From a virus: DNA of 64,000 bases. The position numbers and the translations under genes were made by a program. How positions within the stretch are numbered: position 1 is the stretch's first letter; each line of letters begins with the position of its first letter. Positions 8,453 through 17,287 of this stretch are shown here, one piece after another. The stretch lies in IMG/VR virus record IMGVR_UViG_3300025949_000022, positions 1-64,000 of that record. One strand, given 5' to 3'. The notes beneath the pieces were generated by a model. That model worked only from the letters and a program-made list of their open reading frames with translations, did no database searches and was not told the DNA's origin.

Positions 8453-8562
8453 TAGGTTGTCGCTATCGCTGCGAATGATTTCTTTTCCAACCTATGCCAC
8501 CGACTGCGGCCTCATTCGTAATCGTGTTTGTTAGACTACCGCCGAAGTTCCTGCCCGTCTAA
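8453..8562 (-). ncRNA. Candidate pseudoknotted structured RNA
   Basis: TTAGAC/GTCTAA hairpin; crossing 7-bp helices CGAATGA/TCATTCG and TAGGTTG/CAACCTA; GCCGC/GTGGC hairpin. Confidence 0.4.
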
Positions 8563-8588
8563 GGTTCTTTCTACTATTTCATGTGTTG

Positions 8589-8852
8589 TTAATTTACTAT
8601 CAAAAACCTATGTAAAATAGGGCTTAATTGAAGCGTTTCAGTAGTATTAAAATCGTTGTATTCGGCTTCCAAATATTCGTTATATTCCCGCTCCATACGG
8701 TCGTTTTGTTCCCGTTCATAATCAGCGTGTTGCTTATTTACAAAGTCATCAACAGCGTATTGAGCATTTATTTGCTGCGTGATCCAAGCGCATTCAACTG
8801 GGTTAAAGCAATCGCGGCCTATTAATCCTCCGCATGATGGGCATGTTTTCAT
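8589..8852 (-). CDS. Cys-rich hypothetical protein
   Basis: CPSCGG...C...C. Confidence 0.6.
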   Translation of the reverse strand: MKTCPSCGGLIGRDCFNPVECAWITQQINAQYAVDDFVNKQHADYEREQNDRMEREYNEYLEAEYNDFNTTETLQLSPILHRFLIVN

Positions 8853-8935
8853 TTATTTACCTTTTAAAACTTTTTTAAATATTACCGATAAACAAGCTAA
8901 TTCTATAGCTTATTATATAGGGGGTTGTTATATTG

Positions 8936-9037
8936 TGGAGAGGGCAAGATTCGAACTTGCGTCGTAGGGCTACTGTCGCGTTTCACCCAATCGGCTCCTG
9001 TGTCTGCCGTCCTGTAACCAACTCAGGCTACCTCCCC
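8936..9037 (-). tRNA. tRNA-like RNA or pseudo-tRNA (G3:U70, A73; no canonical anticodon arm)
   Basis: GGGGAGG/CCTCTCC acceptor stem, D-arm with GG, perfect T-arm GCAAG-TTCGAAT-CTTGC; central part expanded. Confidence 0.65.
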
Positions 9038-9045
9038 ATTTGTTT

Positions 9046-9336
9046 TTAATCTGTTAATTCTGTTTCAGGATTCACTACTGTCAATTTTACTTCCAGTCCA
9101 GTTGACTGCTTTATGGCTTCTTTAACCATATTGGAAGTATCAGCGTTGATTTGAAAGGGCGCAACATCCTTTGCATCCACCGTAACGCTTGCCTCTATCT
9201 GTGGGCGTCTAAACAGCACATCCGGCAAATCTAAACTAAAGCCCATACAAACCTCATTAATTGACACGTTTTGCGCCTTTCTCGTAGCTTTCACTGTCCC
9301 GTTATCGTTAACGGTTAAATAGAATTTTGTTTTCAT
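9046..9336 (-). CDS. Hypothetical phage protein
   Basis: Start re-called to MKTKFYL. Confidence 0.6.
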   Translation of the reverse strand: MKTKFYLTVNDNGTVKATRKAQNVSINEVCMGFSLDLPDVLFRRPQIEASVTVDAKDVAPFQINADTSNMVKEAIKQSTGLEVKLTVVNPETELTD

Positions 9337-9346
9337 AATTATGATT

Positions 9347-9556
9347 TTAATACAATGGTGTAATATCAATTTCTAATTCCAGTACATCTAATATTTTAAG
9401 CACTGTTTTAATTGCTAAATTAGCTTTGCCACTTTCAAATTTTGCGATATGTTGCTGCGTTGTTCCGACTTCTTGCGCTACCTTATCCTGTGAATATTTT
9501 AACTCTTTTCTACGGGCTGCTATGGCCTTACAAACCACTAATAAATCGTTTTCCAT
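9347..9556 (-). CDS. XRE-family HTH regulator
   Basis: RRKELKYSQDKVAQEVGTTQQHIAKFESGK. Confidence 0.9.
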   Translation of the reverse strand: MENDLLVVCKAIAARRKELKYSQDKVAQEVGTTQQHIAKFESGKANLAIKTVLKILDVLELEIDITPLY

Positions 9557-9561
9557 TAATA

Positions 9562-9594
9562 CAAATGTACATATATATTTATGTAACTACCAAA
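9562..9594 (-). promoter_or_regulatory. Sigma-A promoter, probably leaderless transcript
   Basis: TTTG-N21-TACATTTG, 5 nt before ATG. Confidence 0.75.
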
Positions 9595-9671
9595 TTTATT
9601 TTTTAATACTTATCCCCGATTTTTAGTTAGCTTTGGTAACAGATTATTCACTTTAAAACAATCATATTTTT

Positions 9672-10148
9672 ATGGCAACAGCAGCTCAACACAAAACAGC
9701 ATTAGGGCGGTTAATCGCTACCATTGGTAGTATTATCGCATCTATTTTTAACGCGGCCGGCAAGGCATTTAAAACGCTTCCACCCGATCAACAAACCGGC
9801 GCTATTAACGGTTCACAAATCAGCCAAATTATTAAAAATGGTTACGCTAAAGGTGAGGCTTGGGTAATATCCGAAATAACATCGGTTACAGGCTTACCAG
9901 CGGACGTAGCAACACAAACGGTATTAAGTATTGCTAAAGATGCCGGAGTTAATACAACAAGCGTACAGGCTTATTTAGACCACATTGCGGATAAGGTTCA
10001 ATCAGGCTTAACAGATAGTGGATGGAACGCTTTATGGCAGAACGTCGCTAAGTTTGCAGCGATCTATTTAACACAAGGCAAGTTAAGTTGGGCTTCGTTA
10101 TCTTTGGGGCTTTTAGAATATATTTTTCAGACTTACGTTAAGTTTTAA
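9672..10148 (+). CDS. Hypothetical protein in own transcription unit
   Basis: TAGCTTTG -7 box upstream, hairpin plus T-run downstream. Confidence 0.7.
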   Translation: MATAAQHKTALGRLIATIGSIIASIFNAAGKAFKTLPPDQQTGAINGSQISQIIKNGYAKGEAWVISEITSVTGLPADVATQTVLSIAKDAGVNTTSVQAYLDHIADKVQSGLTDSGWNALWQNVAKFAAIYLTQGKLSWASLSLGLLEYIFQTYVKF

Positions 10149-10264
10149 TATCTTCTCTCTCCCCTAATATAAAAGGACTTGGTTTTTATTAATCAGGTCT
10201 TTTTTTTATTTCTTTCTTTTGGATGCAAAGTGATATATTTGTAGTTCATTAACTACCACAAATT

Positions 10265-10423
10265 ATGTTAGTATCAGAACTCAAAGCAAAAGTTATTAAA
10301 CGCGGAATTTATTACAATAAATGGCTGTACGTTTACAAATTTAAGGGGGCAAAAATAATTCTTATTTACTTCGACGAACACCTTGAATTTAGTCTTTCAG
10401 AAATAGAAAGGATTGAGGCATAA
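10265..10423 (+). CDS. Small hypothetical protein (52 aa)
   Basis: MLVSELKAKVIKRG...IERIEA; follows TATATTTG box; stop 2 nt before next ATG. Confidence 0.55.
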   Translation: MLVSELKAKVIKRGIYYNKWLYVYKFKGAKIILIYFDEHLEFSLSEIERIEA

Positions 10424-10425
10424 GG

Positions 10426-11340
10426 ATGGATAATGATATTATTCACATACAGTCAGCGGGGATGGGGACTAACACTATCGCCCAATTAATTTTATGCACA
10501 CAACAGGGCGTTAAATTTGATTATATATTATTTTCTAACACGGGCGGAGAAAGGCGCAAGACATATAATTATATACCTATAATGAATAAATGGCTTGTGG
10601 CTAACGGGCAACCTAAAGTAAAAATATTACGTCAATTAAATAAGGATAAAAAGTTTATAGGACTTTATAATGATGTTTATCAAAGAAAATCCCTTCCAGC
10701 AATAGCTTTTGGATACAAAACTTGTTCTTTAAAATTCAAAAAGGGGCCATTTGATGTTTTTATAAACAATAATAAGGATATCCAAACCCGTCTTAAAAAT
10801 GGAGCTATAATTCACAAGCATATCGGATTTGATATTGACGAAGAGCATAGAACTACGCAAAATTTCGATACAGAAAAGATGGTTAATATTTATGACCTTG
10901 TTAATGCCGAAATGGGGAGGTTTGAATGTGAAAAGATTATACGGGACGCCGGATTGCCGCCTGTCGGGAAGTCAAGTTGTTTTTATTGCCCTTCTTTAAA
11001 GCCTTATGAAATTATCGAACTATACGAAAGTGAACCTAAAGTTTTTTATAGAGCTATTGCAATGGAGCGGAATGCAAAAGAAACCATGACCGCAATAGAG
11101 GGGCTTGGAAGGGATTTTAGTTGGTGGGATTTGATTGTTGCTTACAGGTATTTAAAGTTCCTTAAAAGGCGTCCAATAGCGGTAAGAATACCAATTAAAC
11201 TTAAAAAATTAATTAAAAAAATAAACAGATCAAAACCGGAAGATTTTGAAACCATAGCTAAATCTCGAAAATCAGCAGCTGAAATAATTTGCGATTTATT
11301 TTCTGTTAAGGTAAATGAAAGTTGTGATTGCATGAGTTAA
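10426..11340 (+). CDS. PAPS-reductase-like adenine nucleotide alpha-hydrolase with Cys motifs
   Basis: SAGMGTNT PP-loop variant, NTGGE, CSLKFK, IGFDIDEEHR, KSSCFYCP. Confidence 0.8.
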   Translation: MDNDIIHIQSAGMGTNTIAQLILCTQQGVKFDYILFSNTGGERRKTYNYIPIMNKWLVANGQPKVKILRQLNKDKKFIGLYNDVYQRKSLPAIAFGYKTCSLKFKKGPFDVFINNNKDIQTRLKNGAIIHKHIGFDIDEEHRTTQNFDTEKMVNIYDLVNAEMGRFECEKIIRDAGLPPVGKSSCFYCPSLKPYEIIELYESEPKVFYRAIAMERNAKETMTAIEGLGRDFSWWDLIVAYRYLKFLKRRPIAVRIPIKLKKLIKKINRSKPEDFETIAKSRKSAAEIICDLFSVKVNESCDCMS

Positions 11341-11389
11341 AAAATTAATCGCTCAACTTCAACGTGGTAGTTAATTTTGACGGTTAGTA

Positions 11390-11424
11390 GGCATCGGCTT
11401 TGATTAGTCGGTGCCCTTTTTATT
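11390..11424 (+). terminator. Intrinsic terminator
   Basis: GGCATCGGCT-TTGATT-AGTCGGTGCC followed by T-run. Confidence 0.75.
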
Positions 11425-11597
11425 AACCCTGCATCCAAAAAAAGAAAATAAAAAAACTCAAACTATTTAAGCACTGATCTATCTTTTATTTCAGAATGAT
11501 TAACAATAGCGTTATCATCCTGCCACCTACCTATTAAAATAAAAGCAATACAAATTAACAGGGCTAAAGCAAAGCAATATATGAGTATCTTCATGGC

Positions 11598-11960
11598 TTA
11601 TACAAAGTTTGCAACGTTTTTAGTTATGATATAATGATGAGACGCATATGTTTTAGTCCAAGATGGCGGAACAAATTCATCTGTGCTATCAACAGTTTCA
11701 TGTATACAAGTTTCAGGATTTAATATTGACGGCGTAAATGAAATAGTACCATTGTTTTCCTGTATCAAATTCCATCCGAAAGTATTTTTATCGTTATTTA
11801 GCGGTAAAACCGTTTGCAATCCGCACCCACATAAACAACGGTGCGCAGATGTTTGATATTCTTCCGAAATATAAACATGATTATCTTTCATTTCCTTAAA
11901 TGGTATCATAAATCCATCTAAAAAAACAGGCGTTATTTCAACTTGCTTTATTGTTTTCAT
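11598..11960 (-). CDS. DUF6527-like protein
   Basis: HRCLCGCG...W...ISFTPSI...HYII. Confidence 0.7.
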   Translation of the reverse strand: MKTIKQVEITPVFLDGFMIPFKEMKDNHVYISEEYQTSAHRCLCGCGLQTVLPLNNDKNTFGWNLIQENNGTISFTPSILNPETCIHETVDSTDEFVPPSWTKTYASHHYIITKNVANFV

Positions 11961-12235
11961 GGCTTGGTGGTTTGCAGTACCGTATCGGCGTTTGTAACGG
12001 TTTGAGTTGGTTGATTAACCGTTTCTGAAAGGATATCGTCTTTCTTTGAACTGCCGGATGAACTGCCGAAATAATACCCTGTCGCTGCGGAAACGGCGGC
12101 TACCATAGCAATCAATATTTGAGGATCAGGTTTTATATTCCTGATTGAACACATGAAGAAATAAGAGAAGCCGAATATCACTATTACAAGTGCTAATACT
12201 GGCTTAATGTTGTCGGATAACCACGTTGTTTTCAT
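11957..12235 (-). CDS. Holin-like two-TM protein
   Basis: Two TM helices, GYYFGSSSGS motif, near endolysin. Confidence 0.7.
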   Translation of the reverse strand: MKTTWLSDNIKPVLALVIVIFGFSYFFMCSIRNIKPDPQILIAMVAAVSAATGYYFGSSSGSSKKDDILSETVNQPTQTVTNADTVLQTTKP

Positions 12236-12333
12236 TTTATTTTACTCTTTAATTTTCATTTGTTTCCACCATCCATAACCAGTATAAAAGAACAGTATCC
12301 CGTATTCTGATATAAAGGTTTGGCTTAGTTCCA

Positions 12334-12849
12334 TTATTCAGGCATATAAGCAAATCCTAATAAATTCAAGTTATGCAGGCTGTGAGGCAAACCCAATGTA
12401 TGAACATTCGCCCAAACTCTATATCCTTCTCTGCCACCGGCCCCATTTGTATTGCCCTCTATTGAGGTGAAATGTTTACCATCCGCGTCAACGTCTATTA
12501 CAATTCCTGTATGCCCGTTTGTGCCGTCACCTTCCTGCCATATTGCCACTGCACCTAAACGCGGGAGAGTACCTGTAATGACCTCTTTAGAGGCTTTAAA
12601 ATTAAGCCACATAGTATGAGTAGACGGTGAACAGTATTTTTTAAGATAAGCTAAGATAATAGGCGCATCGGCATAAGCACCGAATAAAACAACCATTACA
12701 AAGAATGCACACCATGAGGCCGATCTGTAAAATCCTACAGCAAGCATTTTCTTTTGGAAGGCCGCGTCTTTAAAGCCCAAATTAGGCGGTATTTCTTCTT
12801 GTCCTATGTAAGACTTTGCCTGTTTAATAATTTCGTCAATGTGGCTCAT
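12334..12849 (-). CDS. CHAP-domain endolysin
   Basis: WCAFFV, GHTGIV, SIEGNT. Confidence 0.9.
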   Translation of the reverse strand: MSHIDEIIKQAKSYIGQEEIPPNLGFKDAAFQKKMLAVGFYRSASWCAFFVMVVLFGAYADAPIILAYLKKYCSPSTHTMWLNFKASKEVITGTLPRLGAVAIWQEGDGTNGHTGIVIDVDADGKHFTSIEGNTNGAGGREGYRVWANVHTLGLPHSLHNLNLLGFAYMPE

Positions 12850-13650
12850 AGTTTAAAATGATTTTGAATTTTTTACTATATATTCAGCAAACTTTTTACG
12901 CTGATATTTTTTCATATCTATTATATTGGCCTCGATCAATACCCTTTGTTCGTGAGCCTTTACATCAGGTTCTGTGTACCCTAAAACTTTATAATCTGAC
13001 GGGCCAGTTATTGTCTTCATTTTAAGAATTAGCAATAATATAAACAGGAATAGCAACCACCAGTACAATGATAATGTAACCTAAAATCAATATCCAAAGT
13101 GGCTGTTTCATTGCTCTTTTTTTAAACTTAAACATTTACTGCATTGAACGAAAATCCAGTTAAAGTTTCCCTCCTTATTAAATCCGGATTCTACAGTTAA
13201 TTTTTCGCCCTTATAAATAGCAGTTCCACAACAACTGCAACAATAATTTTTTTTAGCTATCATTATTCCCCTTTTTTAAACTTATCCAAAATATCCACTA
13301 CTACCCCGTTATGATCTACTTCTGCACTTAATACTTCACTTCCTATAGTCTCTAAAGCATCGAGCGTAACGTTAACAATTTTATCAATAGTTTCCTGCTC
13401 GTAATATTTAGATGTGGCTGTTATTTTTATGACTATCATCTTAATCAAATTTAGAAAATAAAGTTGGTTTATTTGCAAATAAAAAAGCCCTCCATTTCTG
13501 AAAGGCTTTCCCCTGCGTTACCAGTTATTATTTAATAAAATTGCACTCTTAACCGATATTGCTCTTGGGTATCTTCCGACCCTCGGTAGTCACAACGGCG
13601 ACCTTTGGACAGTCTTTGTGTGTAGTGCTTCGACCCGCTAAAACGTATGC

Positions 13651-14187
13651 TTAAATATTATTCAAAGATGCGGCTTTTCTATGAACGAAACAACCCTGTG
13701 TTTCTAATAAAGCTATGTTAGCTATTTCGGCTATAGGAATATTAAGCTTATCACACTTCCCGTAATGAATTTTATTTGCAATTATCTTTTCGTTGCTGTT
13801 TAAAGCCTGTGTTTTTTCAATGTCTCTAACGAAAAATCCACAATTATTACAATTGCAATCCAGTAATTGAAGTTCAAAAATACTTTCCTTCTCGAGATTG
13901 ATTTTAACATTCAGCGCTGTCTTAAATCCTTTATCGGTTTTCTTTCTTAATGCCATAGCTTTCTCTTTAACCGCATAAGCAGCCGTACCTCTTTGTTTAG
14001 AGCCGTTGAATACAAAAACATAATGGGCGTAAACTCTTAGCGCCTGCGCTATTTTCCTTGCCTTAAACCCGCTTATTTGGTCTATAAGGGTGCCGTTATT
14101 TGTGATAGTTAAACTTTTGATAAGTTGCTCATATTTAACCCTCGCGAACTCCGAACGATTATTAGCTGTCTTTCTGATCGTCTCCAT
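13651..14187 (-). CDS. Hypothetical protein with Cys cluster
   Basis: DCNCNNC...YGKC...C. Confidence 0.6.
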   Translation of the reverse strand: METIRKTANNRSEFARVKYEQLIKSLTITNNGTLIDQISGFKARKIAQALRVYAHYVFVFNGSKQRGTAAYAVKEKAMALRKKTDKGFKTALNVKINLEKESIFELQLLDCNCNNCGFFVRDIEKTQALNSNEKIIANKIHYGKCDKLNIPIAEIANIALLETQGCFVHRKAASLNNI

Positions 14188-14641
14188 CTTTTTCGGTTAA
14201 AAACTTGCCATATCTTAAATAATAATTCACATGGAATTGATTCCTGATTACAGATTTTACTTCACTTATTACCTCTTTTGGCACGCCGTATTGCGCCAGT
14301 AAAATATTAACCGCTATATTTTCATTGTATAATATTTTCTTAACTTGGTCGTGCGGTAAATCTTTTATGGAAACCCTTTGAATAGAGTTTTTATCAATTA
14401 ATAAAGCAGCCTGACTTTTTACGATTTTATTTCTTAAATGGGCCTGATTTTCACAACAGGATTTACACATTACCCATTTTCTACCATTATCTGCGCGGGT
14501 GGCAACTACAGGCCCGTCTAAAGGGTAAAACTTTGGTTCATATTCGAAGTTGTAATTCTTGATTAACACTCCGCATTCTGTACAATTTGGATTCTTTTCC
14601 AAAACGGCATTAATCAGCCGTTGCTTATCTTGCTTGTTCAT
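14162..14641 (-). CDS. Zinc-ribbon protein
   Basis: CTECG...CKSCC; start re-called to MNKQDK. Confidence 0.55.
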   Translation of the reverse strand: MNKQDKQRLINAVLEKNPNCTECGVLIKNYNFEYEPKFYPLDGPVVATRADNGRKWVMCKSCCENQAHLRNKIVKSQAALLIDKNSIQRVSIKDLPHDQVKKILYNENIAVNILLAQYGVPKEVISEVKSVIRNQFHVNYYLRYGKFLTEKDGDDQKDS

Positions 14642-14711
14642 AATTTTATGGTTTAGTGAAAGTACAAATATACCAATTAAACCAACCATATCCGACATGC
14701 TTATCAAGAAA

Positions 14712-14820
14712 AAAGAAAAAAATAAATGCTTACCGAGCCTTGCGCCAAGTAAGCATTTTCATAAACCTTTTCAATTATAAAACCTTTGATAAATTATGAG
14801 CTTGAGCAGCCCTTTTCAGA
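14712..14820 (-). ncRNA. Candidate small RNA or attenuated leader
   Basis: TACATTTG box at 14825-14832; AAATGCTTAC/GTAAGCATTT hairpin plus long U-tract. Confidence 0.4.
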
Positions 14821-14864
14821 TAAACAAATGTAATAATTATTTTGAATATTTTGCAGCCATTATT

Positions 14865-15155
14865 TCATCGTGGCCTGTTCCTGATATACAGCCACAAGCG
14901 CCACATTACAATAACCATTGGCGTATTACAAACAACTCTTAATAGCACTTGGTCGAACGTTTGAAAATAACCTAAATCCCATGCAAGATAATACGAACCA
15001 GCAACCCCAAACTGCCAACATTTTGCAAGGAATAATTGTATAATTAATATACGCAACAGCCCATCGCGCGATAAGTAAAACTCATACGCAATCATGCCTG
15101 AAAATATAACTATTCCCCAAAATATTAATTGTGATATGAGCATTTCAGTTGTCAT
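14865..15155 (-). CDS. Membrane protein (3 TM)
   Basis: Hydrophobic segments. Confidence 0.65.
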   Translation of the reverse strand: MTTEMLISQLIFWGIVIFSGMIAYEFYLSRDGLLRILIIQLFLAKCWQFGVAGSYYLAWDLGYFQTFDQVLLRVVCNTPMVIVMWRLWLYIRNRPR

Positions 15156-15400
15156 TTCTTAATGGTTTTTATCAGTGTGCTTAGTTCAGAAAGTACCGAA
15201 ATGTTATCTTTAGTAGTCTTGTTGGTTTCTTCAAATTGTTTCTCAATTGTTCGCTGCCATTCGGAGCGTTCCTGCCGGTGTAATCTTTCCTGTTCATCCC
15301 GCTCGTCACGGTGGTCTTTCAGTTGTTGCTTTATGAATAAAGCAAGCCAGCCAATACCGCCTAACAATAGTCCTACCGCTCCGTATTGTTCTAACATCAT
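15152..15400 (-). CDS. Holin-like protein (1 TM plus coiled coil)
   Basis: LEQYGAVGLLL TM then charged coiled coil. Confidence 0.55.
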   Translation of the reverse strand: MMLEQYGAVGLLLGGIGWLALFIKQQLKDHRDERDEQERLHRQERSEWQRTIEKQFEETNKTTKDNISVLSELSTLIKTIKK

Positions 15401-15660
15401 TTATTTTTTATAGCCCAGATAGCCTCGCTTAAATCCTGTATCTTTTCGCCCAGTTCTTTAATGGTTGGGTTCATCTCGTCATGGACAATTTTACGTAATT
15501 CCGCATCACGGGCTTCGGAGAAATATTTAAACACCTTGTCTATCCCTTTCCAACACAGCGCAAAGGAGGCAAACAACACCGTGTTGTCTTTTATCCAGTT
15601 AAATATTGGTTCCCACCACGAAGGCGTTTGTTGTATCATTGTTTTGCTATATGTAGCCAT
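15397..15660 (-). CDS. Membrane-anchored coiled-coil protein
   Basis: Packed ORF downstream of fibre genes. Confidence 0.55.
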   Translation of the reverse strand: MATYSKTMIQQTPSWWEPIFNWIKDNTVLFASFALCWKGIDKVFKYFSEARDAELRKIVHDEMNPTIKELGEKIQDLSEAIWAIKNK

Positions 15661-16033
15661 GTCTTGTTGCCGATATTACAATCATAATGGTAGCTACAAT
15701 GATGCCAACTATTGTAAGCTGTAACCCGTAGGTATGCTTTATTAGACTATATTTTTGAGCAATTACGGCTATGTTTAAAATTAAGGTAAAAAAACCGATA
15801 ATTATTAAGAAATTGTTGTCAAATGTGCAGCGTTCCTCTTGTCGTGTACGGGCAAATAAAAAAGATAACAGCATCAATGGTATCATAAGGGAACTATCGT
15901 AAAATACCGTCCATCCGTAGCTATTCCAGTACGTTAATTCAGGTGTGTCATGGCTCATTCGCCAAAAGTAAATCAACATGCTGAATAAATAGCCTATCAG
16001 GATGAACGATACGCCGAATTTCTTAATCATCAT
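15647..16033 (-). CDS. Membrane protein (4 TM)
   Basis: Four hydrophobic segments. Confidence 0.65.
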   Translation of the reverse strand: MMIKKFGVSFILIGYLFSMLIYFWRMSHDTPELTYWNSYGWTVFYDSSLMIPLMLLSFLFARTRQEERCTFDNNFLIIIGFFTLILNIAVIAQKYSLIKHTYGLQLTIVGIIVATIMIVISATRHGYI

Positions 16034-16167
16034 GGCTTCGGGCCGGTAGGCGGTGATACAGGGTCGCCGTTGGTTTGTACCTTTATGCCATGCTTGGCTT
16101 CCAGTTCTGTTTTTTGCTCGTCCGTTAGCTCGTTTAACTGATCCGCCAAATCTTTTAAATCTTCCAT
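16030..16167 (-). CDS. Small acidic/Pro-rich protein (45 aa)
   Basis: MEDLKDLADQLNELTDEQ...PPTGPKP; ATGA overlap with next gene. Confidence 0.55.
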   Translation of the reverse strand: MEDLKDLADQLNELTDEQKTELEAKHGIKVQTNGDPVSPPTGPKP

Positions 16168-16196
16168 TTTTTACTTGTTTGTTTTTTATAAATGTA

Positions 16197-16982
16197 TTAA
16201 TTAATATTTATAATAGTTTGTACCGGTCCACCCGAAATATTAGAGGATACCTGAACGGTTGAATATCCCTGAATTGGAACAGATACAGATGCCGTTGTTG
16301 TTGTTCCAACTGTGTAAACCGGTGTTAACGTAGTAGTTTTTTGCGCTCCGTTTGTATCTTGATAGGTAATCGTAAAAGAGGCCGTTCCAGCCAACTGTGG
16401 CAGTATTGTTGTCGTTATAGTATATTGTCCGTCACTCGGTACTTCTGCCTGTATGTAATCGCCGGTATTTGTAGCTGGAATTGTAAGATTGAATATGTTG
16501 AATCCATAGGGCCGGAATACGATTTGGCTATTCATAGAAACCGCTAAATAATTATTGGGTGTTCCAGGGGGCACGTTTATTATTCCATTTATACCGGCTG
16601 GACCTTGCGCGCCAGTTGCTCCGATAGGACCCTGTGGGCCTGCTGGACCAGTGGCTCCGGTCTGCCCTATTGGCCCCTGCGGCCCGGCTGGTCCTACTGC
16701 GCCCTGAACGCCTTGCGGCCCCGGAATACCGACAGGCAAAGTTATTAACTGCCATCCTATAACTTTCGGGCTAAACGATGTAACGGTTAGCATCCATATT
16801 TGATTAGACCCAGCAATTACCATTGGCGGATATATAGGCCATTGATTGCCCCCCGAAAAATATGCCATCATTCCATCTTTAGGATTTAAAAATGGAGGGG
16901 CAGGAATAAAAGGTTGCTTGGTTTGCGCTTTAACAACAAAGGCTAAAGAGAAAAGTAAAAGGGTGATGAGTGTTTTTTTCAT
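16197..16982 (-). CDS. Collagen-like fibre protein with Sec signal peptide
   Basis: [20 protein letters not shown]; about 16 Gly-X-Y triplets; beta-rich C-terminus; start re-called. Confidence 0.8.
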   Translation of the reverse strand: MKKTLITLLLFSLAFVVKAQTKQPFIPAPPFLNPKDGMMAYFSGGNQWPIYPPMVIAGSNQIWMLTVTSFSPKVIGWQLITLPVGIPGPQGVQGAVGPAGPQGPIGQTGATGPAGPQGPIGATGAQGPAGINGIINVPPGTPNNYLAVSMNSQIVFRPYGFNIFNLTIPATNTGDYIQAEVPSDGQYTITTTILPQLAGTASFTITYQDTNGAQKTTTLTPVYTVGTTTTASVSVPIQGYSTVQVSSNISGGPVQTIININ

Positions 16983-16983
16983 A

Positions 16984-17283
16984 TTAATAAAGTCTAAACC
17001 ATTTTGCAACAGAAGCCTCATATTCATAGCACATACATACTCCGGTTGCTGCTGATGTTGGTAGTGTGCTTATTATTCCACTAACCGCTGAAAGTGTTAA
17101 TAATGTTACGCCACCATTGAAAAATAATAATAAATTATCTCTGTCGTTTGGAGAAGATGGGAATGGTAGTGTAGCGTTAGCAAGCAAACTGCCCGTCCCT
17201 ATTATTACCTTCCCGACACCGCTGTTAATTTGGGTACTGCCTGTTGTCGTTACTTGTTGTACGCCCTCTGGTCTTAATATCAT
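16984..17283 (-). CDS. Small fibre-associated beta protein
   Basis: [10 protein letters not shown]...[12 protein letters not shown] resembles fibre tip domains. Confidence 0.55.
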   Translation of the reverse strand: MILRPEGVQQVTTTGSTQINSGVGKVIIGTGSLLANATLPFPSSPNDRDNLLLFFNGGVTLLTLSAVSGIISTLPTSAATGVCMCYEYEASVAKWFRLY

Positions 17284-17287
17284 AGCC

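Noticed and set aside
8453-8518. HDV-like/theta ribozyme
   Set aside because: Pseudoknot order is partly similar, but P1.1 GG and the catalytic C-N-R-A strand are missing
13549-13650. Read-through extension of the 13651-14187 gene
   Set aside because: The 33-codon open stretch after a TAA has no supporting signal; it is better explained as structured non-coding sequence
16595-16735. Collagen repeat as hydroxylysine substrate of the PLOD-type GT
   Set aside because: The Gly-X-Y tract has no Lys and no lysyl-hydroxylase domain is present; the substrate must be something else
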